Below are positions 36,584-48,694 of a stretch of DNA of 64,000 bases, one piece after another; within the stretch, counting starts at the first letter, position 1, and every line of letters starts with the position of its first letter. This stretch comes from Phoronis australis (taxonomy: Eukaryota > Animalia > Phoronida), in contig NMRA01000050.1 in NCBI GenBank assembly GCA_002633005.1, positions 805,820 to 869,819 on the forward strand, read 5' to 3'. The position numbers and the translations under genes were made by a program. The notes below the pieces were generated by a model that did no database searches, was not told where the DNA came from, and saw nothing but the letters and a program-made list of their open reading frames with translations.

Positions 36584-38710
36584 ATACAACTGACATCTGA
36601 CATCTGCCGTTATCTGAACTGTGGGTTTGACTCCTGGAGACCTTACTGGGGCCAAAAATGAGCTACATTAGACATTCGAGGTACCGGCCAAAACTGGTTT
36701 AAAAACAAAACGAGTACTGTACTGATCCATGGCAGACAATTTGAACTCTGGAATGGGTCCGGCAGCAACCGAAAAAGGACCCCCCAAAAATGAGCTAGCT
36801 CATACATTCGAAGTACCACGAAAACAATTCCATTAATTCAATACATGCTACTGGTCACAAGATGCCCTTGACAGACAAAATACACTCTGAGTTGTCCCCG
36901 ACAGAAATCTCAAAAAAATTGAACCACGGTATGCCATTGAAAATTTGAGCTACATTAGGTATTCGAGGTATCGGCAAAAACTGACTTAAAGCCAACAATC
37001 GTGCCGCAATGAACACAGGATGACCCATGGCAGACAAATCTTCTTCTGGAAAGAGTTCGGCGGAAACTCGAACACAACGCCCAAAAAGAAGTTACCTCAT
37101 GTATTCGAGTTACCACAATAAACAAATGCACAGTCCACTATTACAGGCTCGAAAGGCATTCCTCTCTCATTTGTATTGCAATCATTGCATTACAATATCA
37201 TCCTGGCCAGAGGACCTGAAGAATGCATTGCTATTATAGTTGGATACGTGTAAGGAAAGAAGTGTGTCGTCTTCGTCACGGGAACCTTGGAGATCCGGTG
37301 GATGATCAGCGGCCATGGTAACACTGCAACAGTTGCCGCCATGTGAGACAACAAGTTTTCTCCCCACAAATTAGTGCATACGTCTTTCTGCCATACTTGG
37401 AAGAGGCAGTTTGCCAAACTGTCTTTAAATGTCCCATTCTGCATGATAGGAGTTTTTCAACAAGACATTTTGGGTTTTAAAATCTGGTTACTATGCAGTT
37501 TATTTTTCGCTGCATAGCCATATTTTCCGGCTGGACTAAAAATGAAAAAAACGGGACAGTAGCCCATTTTACTACACTTGCTGCGATCTAACGCATCACT
37601 TAATGGATTGGCTCTTTGACAGTTCCTGGTATCTTAAAGTTTTAGTGTTATCAGGTATTTTCCAAAATGCTTACTTTCCGCCATCATCTATTTGACACTC
37701 GGTGTCATGAACTGCAAACGAAGAACATGCTCGCCCCTCCTTCCTTATCGAAATCCTTAATTCTACCAAACTCTACCAAGAATTAACCGGGATTTTCTTT
37801 AGCAAATTTTGAAATAGTTGTACTTCGATAGCATGTTTTTCGTTCTGAAAAATTTGTTAAATGCAATGCTTATTCACACCTGTCGTGTCCGACTGTGTAT
37901 GCCTTCCGCTTTTGCTCTGTGGTGGTATTACTGCCTTATTTTATTTCCACTTGAGAATGAAACAAGTATGTTTCGAAATATCGTGTCTTGGAAGAGTGTC
38001 TCTTGGTCAGTTGCTTTACCAATGTTCTGTTGAATGTCGAAATCTATTCCGAGGATACTGTACGAAAGGAATGGAATAACGGTTTTTAACAACGACATTA
38101 TCTAATATGTCAAACATTTTCAACAGAATTACGTGATTGAAATTTCCGGGGATGGCGCGGGGTTTTTTCTGTCACATGCCATTTAGTAACCAGTAGCATT
38201 ATTTGAATTTTACGGAATTGTGGTACCTCGAATATATGTGCTTTGCTCCTTTTTGCGCGTCGTTTTTTAGTTTCTGGCGGGACAATTTGTCTGTCAAGGG
38301 TCATCCAGTGTTAACTGCGGGAGGATTGTTCTAACCGGTACCTTGAATATCTTATACAGAACAAAATTTCAATCGCATAGCGTTTTTGAAGATTTTGGGT
38401 ATTTCTGGCGGGCATGTGTATTTTGTCTGTCATGGAGCATTTGTGATTGAGTCACAAGGAATTGTTTTTGTGGTAACTCGAACGTATGAGATAGCTCATT
38501 TTGGCGGTCCTTTTTATTTTCTACCGGACCCAATCCGGAGTGTAATTTGTCTGTGATGGGTCATTCGGTGTTCATGTCTGTACTATTGTCCGTTTTTATC
38601 AGCTTTGGCCGGTACCTCGAATATCTAATCTAGCTCAATTTTGGCCTCCTTTTAAGGTCCCCAAGGGTCATAACCAGAGTTCAGACAACGGTAGACGTTC
38701 ATTTCTGTAC
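36584..38710. mobile_element. Non-autonomous DNA element with ~500-bp internally repetitive TIRs (EnSpm/foldback-like); a partial copy lies at ~51920-53056
   Basis: 36590-37120 is the reverse complement of 38190-38710, with subunits gagctacattag..attcgaggtaccggc. The 53050 copy ends ...catttctgtg (CACAG-type terminus). Confidence 0.65.
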
Positions 38711-41043
38711 AGATTTTAACTTTGCACTACTTTGTGATTCGCCCATGCAATATTAAAATAATACTAACTAGGTGTTATCAACCAGTGGTAATATTCCAGT
38801 TCATGTGAGAAGTTAATTAACGCCTTTACAAACAATTATTTTCCGCACATAATTTACGTAAGTAATTTTCGTCCGCTTGGCCAGCGTTACGTGCGTGAAA
38901 GTTCGCCCTTTTGGCCAACGATACAGGGGTTCAAGTTTTGGGGTAGGACTAACGCTACACTGGGCTACATTTAAAAGGTTTGTAGGCGCGACCTCCATAT
39001 TTCAAATATTGAATGTAATATCGAATTGTGTTGATGTATTTGATTATGCGATTTTCTCTACTGAAATATCTAAGAAGCGAGCTCTCATTTCATTCAAAAA
39101 TCCTCAGTCCTTAAAAAAGCCTGGAATACGATAAGCTAACTGAATTGCATTGCAATGCTGTGGGTGGTTCTCTGCCATTGAAACAGAATTCAACCTACTC
39201 ACCAGATATTTTAGGTATTGTTCGTAACGATTTTTAATTTCTAATGATATCAAATCATTTTCTTTTAGCTTCAAATTTCAAAAAACGACCTGTCAGCTGC
39301 TCGCCGTTTCATCGATTTTTCTCCCTCAAGGCAAAGCACGTCTCTTTAGTTGGCATGGCAAGACAAAGGCGTGCATACAGCACATTTCCCTTATGTGGAA
39401 AAAGTGACCTTTGACCTCAAGGGATTATAAGCTACTGACTGTTAGCGCTTGCGCGTATTTCCCATAAGTGGGGGAGATTAGAATCTCTGTGGTAATCACA
39501 GAGTTTTTCCTTCACGTGTATTTCAAAAATCGTGAATTAGTACGTGATTTTTTTCTGGAAATTTAATCACAGGGAAATATGATTTACTCTGTACTAGACG
39601 TTGAAAAATGGTACTTTAGCCAAGAATTGTTTAAAAGATATTTTTGACGAGCTTTTGCAATCAACTGTTTAGATTATACGTTCTCTGAAAAAAAAAGTTC
39701 AGTGAAAATAAAAATTTGTTTATATTTTTGCGCCATCTACATTTTTATGCTACCACCTTCTTAAATCATAATTTCATTTTAAGAAAAGCACATTTATTGT
39801 AAAATAACTCCTCGGTCGATTTTACTAAAACACTTTTTAAATGAAAACTCCACATTTTACTTCAAAACGCTGCTACAAATTTTCGATTGCTCATCTAGTT
39901 TATTTTTTTCTTTTCCAAATTTACTCGCAAAACGTAAGGTACAGTAATTTTGTGAAAATTGCACGCATTCGTCTTTCTTACGGTATGCACAGCTGGGCGT
40001 TTGAAAGGTAAAATCATATAGCGTTTTTGAAATGGATCAATTAATATTAAAATCGGAAAGTTCCAGTGAATCTAATTCAGCCGTTTTCGAGAAATCGTTT
40101 TCTTAAGTTCAAATTAAATGGATTTGCCGAAGCCGAGAAAGTCGTCTAGTTCTCAAACTTTTCTATTAATTATTTTTGGTCAATATAACGTATACATGCT
40201 ATCACCTTGTTAGCTTTTTCAACATCCACTCGTAATTTCAACTGACTTGGAAAGTCGGCTTACAATGCCTCGAGTGACAGTAAGTCAGGGGAGGTTTCAC
40301 GTGTAACTGTGAAGCGTAGCCCAGGGGAAGACTGAAAGAAATCTCAGATTACCCGTGAGTGGATTTTTTCACAAACTGCTTTGTTCGCAATGGCAAACGC
40401 TGTGCGACTCGGTCCAATCGTCTGTACGCACGCAGACGTGCAACTTACCCAAGATCAAAAGCACGTTTTGCCTTCGTTTGCTGCGGCATCTTTCCACGTT
40501 ATGTACCTTATTAACTTAATGTTATGAAGACTCCGTGAAATTGAAAGGACTCTGGGTTTTGGGATGTGTACATGCCAAGCAGGAGATTAAAATTTGAGTA
40601 ACAGTTCTGTATTCTATAACCTTGGATTAGTAAAAACATTTTCACAATGTTTGAGGTGGTTCTGCTAAATCTTTTCCCCCGATACGAGATATATATGTGG
40701 TATTAGGATATCCCCGAGAATGAGGTTGAGGTATTTTGAGAGACATATGCGAAATATCGTGAAAACGAACAATTTTTGTGAATAATGTTTGAGATAACCT
40801 AAAATTAAGAATATTTCCAATAATGCTAGAAAATGCAAAGCCTTGCTATGTATCAAAGCTAAAACTTGACATAGCAATGCAAATAAAATAACGGACAAGC
40901 GTGCATTCAACCAGTGCGTGCACGAACTTCACGTTTGCGTTGAAAATTTGAGGAACGCAGTTGAAACCATGACGGTCAGATATGCGAATTTCAAGGTAGT
41001 CCTAATTCTACATCTAGAAGAAAGAGACTTGACAATAACTTGC

Positions 41044-41238
41044 CTCCATCTTGCCCTGGGTTAGTCACCCTAATGTATTTGATTACGCGACTTTGATCCA
41101 AATCAAGAACGATGTGTTCATTGGTTTCAATCCTATCCACGACGCATGTACTCTTCTTCCCGTCAACTAACTCTCTAGTTTTGTGTGTTTTGATGCCATT
41201 TCTAATCGTGTAGGTTGTTGCCAATCGTGCGTAGTTCA
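41044..41238 (-). CDS. Internal exon (195 bp, phase 1-1) encoding the N-terminal half of the FTP-like domain; putative GC donor
   Basis: NYARLATT...RELVDGKKSTC...IVLDLDQSRVIKYIRVTNPGQDG matches the N.A...hhDG..C...hDL...I..h.hTN pattern; acceptor atactttacag; donor GAG|gcaagt. Confidence 0.8.
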
Positions 41239-41635
41239 CTGTAAAGTATATTAATACAAATTTTTACAAAGGCTCGATCGGGGATTTACTTGTATGCCAC
41301 CGGCTGTTCTGCACAAAACATAGAAAAACAGAAGGGCAGGCAAGATGCCATTGAGGTATGATGTAATCTTATTAAAATGACAGCCGACTATACAGCCCGT
41401 AAGCTATCTGTATATACCACCAGTACTAATGGTGCATCCAGGATTAATAACGGACAAGACAACACCAAACAAAGTTTTAACAATTCTAAGATATTCAATA
41501 GATTTTCAACGAGTGTCTGAACATTTTATTACACATGAAAGATGGAATTTGTCAATTCAATCAACAGTTTCTAAGTTCATGATTGAGTGAACTACGTGAT
41601 TGGTGAATGTTTATATAACATCGGCAAAGTTAAAC

Positions 41636-41908
41636 CTGTACAGATGGGTATTCCGCAAGACTCCGTTTGGTTTGTTCTGTTGTTCGTGTAGCACCATGGG
41701 CCGTAGTTGCGACCGTCTGGGTTGCGACAAAATGCAGAGTCCTGTTCATTTGCGTCAAAAGCATTATATCCTTGCGTTATATTCGCTGTAAACGCACCTA
41801 TGTCACGCATGGCCGACCATTTTTGACACACTTGCATGGTTTTTGTCCACGACTGAGACCCTTTGTAACTAGTTCCTATGCCATCCAGTACACACGTTGT
41901 GTTCGGTT
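41636..41908 (-). CDS. Internal exon (273 bp, phase 1-1) encoding a kringle domain
   Basis: TTCVLDGIGTSYKGSQSWTKTMQVCQKW...AFCRNPDGRNYGPWCYT...ESCGIPICT has all six kringle cysteines; acceptor cctcattctcag, donor G|gtttaa. Confidence 0.92.
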
Positions 41909-44900
41909 CTGAGAATGAGGAATTTGATCATAAAAACAAATAGGCGGTTTTGGCTAAAACGTAGATCAATTGAGAATTTTAATTCGGCCACACTTTACAT
42001 GATATTACATGTAGAGTGCATAGCCTAGTCGCCGAAGCGAAATGCTGCACTTTTATATCAAGCCCAGGCAGTAGGAAGCGGGGGGGCACAAGCCCAAAAT
42101 TTTCAGGTGTCATGGGTAAACCGGGCAACTGACATACGCGTGGGGCGGGGAAAGGCGAGAAAAGAAAATGCCGATACGAGAGAAAACTCAAGAGAACATT
42201 TAACAACCCTGTATCAGTGCATGTTTTACCTTTTGAGGACCCTGGCCAGGACATTCTAGTTGGGGACTCTCGCAACACAGGTCGACTAAATGCACATGGA
42301 AACATGCACGTAATGATTCATGCATATGTTTTAAAAATTCGACAAAATTTGTAAAGCGAAGCTTTTGCGGAGTTTATTAATTTACAGGATTTTTAAATTC
42401 AGTAAGTCAACTTAGCGACTGCAAAACAATATTTTTCCAGAGGTCCCTCTCTGGCAAGGGATAACAGAGACAACTGTAACTTTTTTCTCGAATTGTATAT
42501 CAATTGAGAAAAATTGATGACCTGCCAGATATCATCAATTGCTGAACATTTCTTGTTTTTTGAAAATTTAGATGTTTTTACATAGAGTGGCCCCACGTCT
42601 GAAGGAGGCCATTGATGACATTCAAGTGGCCACAGTTCTTATGTTTCTGTTGACAAATTCTTAAGGGTACGCTCACGGAGAGAGGACCCAATGTTGGATT
42701 CGATTACGTCTATTTTCCTATTTTTTGTGAAATCGTGCAACCAACTTTCACGTTAAAGGAGGTCACTTGCAGCACGACGGTGGAATGAACTGTCACAATT
42801 TTCCAAGCTTAATGATGTATAGCTGTCATTATTAATGAGATTTATGGCACTCTGACATAAATCCTATTATTTGGGCAAATAACATTATACAGCCCTTCAT
42901 GCTTCATATCCAACTCCTAGTTAGTTCCTACCAAGTCCGATGGTAGCGCTGTTTGTTCTTTCTCACCAGCTTCCTGTTGGCACAGCCACAAGCAACAGTA
43001 CCACGTTCACTCGTAAGTTTTCCAAGTAGACTCCTTCCCGTTTGTCGTTAACTGTCCTGGACACAAGTTACTTTTCGTATTTATTACTTTTAGCCACAGA
43101 TGGCCTTCCTAACGGCCGATTTCTTTCGATTCTAATATCCCTCACACCGCCAAATCCCTCGCCAATACGCAGCGGCACCTCCGTTCATGACCCTGGTTCC
43201 AAACAACCACTTCCCTGGTTATAAGTGGGATATCTTGCGGCAATCCCCGTCTGCTTTGGGGGGAGACCCCGCAGCGAGATACAACGGTTATCAATGGGGC
43301 GGGTAGGACAGGGCCTACTATGCGGCCCAGTTTCCATTCTTTTATGAGTTTGTCCGAGTTACTGATATAGGTTTCTTGCTATGGTGCGGTTTTTCGTGCC
43401 CGTGTATTGTAACTTAAAGCTATTTTAAGCCTTTAACAAGGAGTGCAGCACAGTTGGGGTCTGGGTACTCATGTAGAATGCGTTCGAGTGGCAGCGGTTT
43501 GACATTCGTGTGACCTAGGGTCCAGACGTACTGATAAATTTGGGTGCATGATGGATACTGGAATTACATAACACTAAACTACTAGGTACATGTACTATTC
43601 CAACAGGACAGGAGGTAATATTGGTGTAAACATATGGGATTTACAATCGTTGAGACCTAGAAGGGAATCTATCGCATGTCGCGGCGGAGCCTGGTGTGGT
43701 AAAGCTCGAAAGCGCTGTCTCACACTGAAGTGTCCTGATGTAGCGCACAACCATTTCGGTTGGTTTATCACCAGATTAAAAATGATAATAATAAAAAATA
43801 AAAAAATAAAGAATAAAAATAAAAAATAAATATAAAAAAATTCGGCTCCCACTTCTATATTTTATTCGACTTCGCGAAGAAAAGTGTGGAAATACCGTAC
43901 CTTACACTTTGAATATCTTGTTTGTTGAGGTCATTTCAGGTACTTCGCCTCTGGCCCCTAGCGCGTACGAATGTTTATCTTCGCTTTTGACTCTCATAGA
44001 TCCTTCCGTTCAAAAAGATAAAAAAAATACTTTGAATAAAAAATTGAAAACAAAAATCAAAAACATCACAAACAATTACAAAATAAACATATAAAAATAA
44101 GAAAAAAATGAAACGTACACTGAAACATTGCTAAAACTGAATAAATAATCCTTGAAAAAAACAATCCAAATTAATAATAATAATAATAATACCTAAAAAT
44201 AATAATAGTAAACTAATGATAGCAAAACATGTTTTAACATCTGAAAAGAATCGTGGCAATTGGTCTCACATAATGCTTCACATTTCGTTCTCTTGGCATA
44301 ATTTTTAACCTATTCCAACCGCGGTTAAGCGTCAACTTTGTTTTCGTTCCGCTCGGGCATTCCCCATCATGACGATTTTCGATTAGACGGCTACCGTAGC
44401 GGCAGATAGGCGGACGTAAAGATCGACAAGATCACGTCACACATGCTTGCTAATTTGTCTACTTCTCGGGCGAGCATAGCTTCGTCGTACGGCAGATATA
44501 TAAAATTGTTTAGTCTATACGAGTACGAAATCCACGGTCGAGTGCCTACACAGCGAGCGAATGGCGTCAGCTGTTTTTCTTTATTTTACTATTTTCGTAT
44601 ATTCCATGTTCATGTTGGTGGGCTTATGTCTAAGCCAGTCACTCTTACAGTTGTCGTTAGCCGGATAAGTAGGGTCATTTTCATCTCCAACCCGGGAGCC
44701 ACTACACCCGGGCTACTAGTAAACAGTATCCATGTAACTCTGCCAAGTTTTCGAAAGCGCGGCACTGTAACACTAGTGGGATACTTCTGCCCGTTTAGGC
44801 GTATAGACTCTATTCACGCGGTAGACATTAAAATCCAAAGCGAGGCTCACTGCGATAAACAAAGCGAAAGTAGACATCGCGTGAGTTAAATAGCCGGTCT

Positions 44901-47900
44901 TTCGAGTCCAACCTGGATATTGAATTTTAATAATGTGTCAACAATTAAACCACACAGACGTAGAAAATTACATTAGAGAACAAGTTAAGGCGTCAAAGAG
45001 TTGTCTGACGAAAGGGTTTAATTTTTCTCGGAAAAGTAAATATGACCAAATTGCGGTGATGGTAGTGTTACGGATTAGGTATTATGCTGAATGCAGGGTT
45101 ACTTTTTTCTTGTAAATTGTTGATCAAAATGCTTTCTACGCGGACCAGGTCATCTGCTCGTATTGTTGACGAGTTGAAGACATATTCAACAATGGTGGCT
45201 GTTATGTGCAATTAGTCACATCTGGTTTAATTTGTTGATCAAGAATATTAAAATCAAGCATAGCCTGATCCTATGCACTCCCTGGGACTAACATTTGATT
45301 TGTCATTGATCTGAAAGAATAATTGATGTTATTAAATATATTTTTAGTAAAATAATAAACCAGACTCGTAACTGAAAATAAAAATTATTTGACCATCAAT
45401 TCTGCTTTCTTGGTTGTAATAATTCTTACGTCTATTTCATGTGTTAGATTTCAAGTATCAATTTGGACCAAGTTGAATTTTAAAATTAAAACACCTAATT
45501 CGTTCGTATAAAACGTAACCTCGTTTTAGAACTCAATTTCAGTTAACTGGACAATGAAATCATAGTTATCATGTTTCTGCATAAACCTCGTTCATCCGAG
45601 GGGAAAGGTGCTAGTGCCTACTGAGAGGCGATTTTTTCGCCGAGTGAGGGCGGGAANATGGGATCTGATACAATTTTAGGCCCCCCCCCCTAAATCCGTT
45701 GTCATGAAAATACAACCTGGCTGGCCCATTCTCCGGTCGTTACTATGATGCTTGACAACTGACCGAGACGCGACAAAATATGATCTAACTTTTCGAAAAC
45801 ATTTATTTTACACGGACACATTTTGCTTCGTCGGCGTATGGCAACGACCCAACGCTTCCGAATCTAAACGTCTTTAGAGATTGTCAAGCGTGTCCGTATT
45901 TTTTCTAGCCGTTCCGAGTCGGGGAACAACACGGACTGAAACACAGACTCCTACGCCGATAAGCTAACAGAGCTATCGTAGCGAGCCTCGTTTTGGAACG
46001 CGCCTCCTGTCGGCGTGAATAGGGTCTATTACTCATCTCAGCTTACCAGTAGTGTCTCACTTATTTTAACACAAGATTTTTAATTTACGATTTCAAAATC
46101 TTGTAAATTTTCATTTTGTTAACCTATATTCCACGCAAAGTGCCTAACCTACCTCCTAAAATTTCGTCACCGAAGCACATTGGGATTCCACTACCCCCAA
46201 CACAGTTGGAGTGCTCATTGACCCAGAGTTCATGGTAATGGGCCAGCCTGTGGTTTCACTCTCATGTCATTACATAATAACTCGTTGTATAGTGCTGATG
46301 ACCTCGTGCCACCAATGGAACTGTCTAGACTAAACTTTTACGACGCCTGAACCCCAGGCTCTTACTGACTAGATGTGCCCATCTTTTCCTGACATCGCCG
46401 GCACAAATGTTATTTGTCCTTTTGCTTAGCTCTAGTTATTCGTTGAACACATTGATACGGTGCTAGGCCTTTTTACTGGCAAACATATTTTGTAGACCAG
46501 GTTACTTTCTGATTTGTGTACTTAGTCTTGTCTATTTTATATGACTTTGTGCGGTATCATTATTCCTGAGACCCTGTTGCCGCCTTCTCGTATAGCTGTG
46601 TTGTGTAGGATTTTTCTAGATATTTTATTTTTCTTAGCCATATAGTTGACATGCAAGTTTTCGTATGAAGGTCTTCCTGTGGCACATAGCTTGATCCACA
46701 GTAGTTGTGTAACTACATAGCAGCCCTAATATGTAACAAAATACGGTTTACTTTCAATAAAATATTTTAAAACTGCCAACCTCGTGTCTTTTTATTGTGA
46801 TTGAAACTCGCATGCCACACCACTTTGATTTTTACCCGGTACATTTATATCCAAGTTTGCCTGTCCGTTAATGTTTTATCTGTCCATGCTATACTTCGTT
46901 TCGATATCAACCTTCCCCTGCAGGTTATATGCTGATGTTTTACTTTCTGGTTCTGGGGATGAAACATTCGAAAATTTCCTAAATGGCACCTCCAAACCAG
47001 CCCATGGGACTCACCCGAAATGGAAACCATGCTACCGCCGTTGTTCGTTAGTCTAAACGGGCTTGTTTTTCAATATCATGTCATAGAAATTTAGCGTTTT
47101 AATTACTGATTTTTATCAAACTGTCGGTTTTCATCTTAAAAGCAGCGTCAAGTAAAAAGCACTTTTTGAATACTGATTTTAGGTCTGTTCATGAATCTTT
47201 ATATGAAATCACATGTACCATGCTGATGGCGCTTTACCATTCTGCACCATCACTTCTTTCCTAACTTTAACAAAACATAACCAAAAACAATAAATACACA
47301 AAATAAAATCCAAAATAAAACTTAAACAATCTTTCTGTTTTCAGAAAACATGTCCTTTTTCTGAGTACAATTTTGCAGCCAGTTTCCTTAACAGCACATG
47401 CTTCTGGCAGAGGTTACTATCCAGCCATTGTCACACCGCCCACCTTTTCTGGTTCGCAAGTTAATCGTGCCACTGCAATGCCAACAGTTGCGCATAATCT
47501 CTTGACCTGAGCACATAGGAACCTGAACGTCAGTTATCTTCAGCTGAGCTACCCTAGCTCCTACACGGTGCATTAGATTCGTACTAGTCGAGGGGGGGGG
47601 GGGGGNGGCGGCACTAAACTTGGGTATTAAAGTGTGCCCTAAACCGGCTGAATTTCGCCAGGATTTGCTGCGATTCGAGTGATTGTGATTTGGGTTTTGG
47701 GGGCGGCTTGGACCCAGGGAAGGCCCGGTCGGGAGCGTTGGGTGGCCCTGTATCATGCGATGCTCGGGTGGGAACCACTGCAGGTCTTCCAGGTATGTTT
47801 GTGCAGGCACTGTTACATGTATGTAATGCAATTTCCCTTGTAGTAAAGGCATAGGATTGTCTGGTAAGTGGGTGTGGTATGGTGTCAGTAGAGGTGCCGG

Positions 47901-48694
47901 TAATGTACAGCAACCACAACTTCGGCTCTATCGTAAACCAGGGTGTGGCTGGGTTTCGAGCTCTGCGGGAGCGGTACTGCTCATCGTGAGGTATCCAAAC
48001 TGTCCTCGTGGGCTCTGCCCCAAGTCGAACGCTTTGCCTGCACTCCGGAAGGGGGGGATGAGCTTCAATGATTGTGGAGGCAAATCCGGGAATGGCATCG
48101 GTCCCTTTCTCATTGCTTCCGACTACCCTTTTCCCCCCAACCCCTGGCACTCCTCTACCAAGGTCACGGCCCCCACGCAGGTTGTGGCGGTGGACAGGAT
48201 TGTTCATCCTTGAACAACCCTGCCCATGTGGTACTGTACATACTGAGCCGCAACACCACGTTCCTTACAATATCTCTTTTTATCACTCCGGCTGGTCTGC
48301 TCACTCAGCTTGTCCGGAACCCTGCTTTGCAGGTTTTATAACCCAGTTGGCTGTTTGGTGTACCCACTTGGTACTTTATATGATATTTGCCCATTTGGCA
48401 GTTTGTACCCACTTGGTACGTGTTATTGAATTTGGCGTTTCAGTGCTCGACCCAGTTGGTAGGCAATCGGCCAATACCCATTTGATATTATGTACACATT
48501 TGGTACTATGCTAACCTGTGCCACTTAGCATCCGATACTCAATTGTACTTTGGGTATCGGAAATGTGTGTGTTATCTCTTGTAATTAAGGAACCCATCTG
48601 GTTCCTTCTGTGAAATATTTATTTGTAGAGCTGTGACCCTGAAATTCCCAATACAACTTAAAATATACATTATTCTTGTTGTTTTATTTGTCCC

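Noticed and set aside
40665-40910. Signal-peptide-like ORF (MNARLSVILFALLCQ...)
   Set aside because: It lies downstream of the kringle and FTP exons within an intron, has a non-ATG start and no supporting splice context.
6024-41908. Assigning ROR, MuSK or plasminogen gene symbols
   Set aside because: No Frizzled CRD, kinase or protease exon is seen and the domain order differs.
42890-43960. Possible decayed Gypsy LTR-retrotransposon interior
   Set aside because: Only vague RNase H and zinc-knuckle resemblance; no LTRs or PBS confirmed.
46190-46770. YSADD-containing LINE RT remnant, or a hammerhead at ctgatga (46295)
   Set aside because: A single motif only; no stem II/GAAA for a hammerhead.
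46830-47050. Candidate extra exon ending ...LDINVP G|gtaaaa
   Set aside because: In-frame stop codon and poor acceptor.
48340-48510. Short spaced repeats resembling a CRISPR array
   Set aside because: Eukaryotic context, irregular spacing, degenerate 14-mers and no cas genes.
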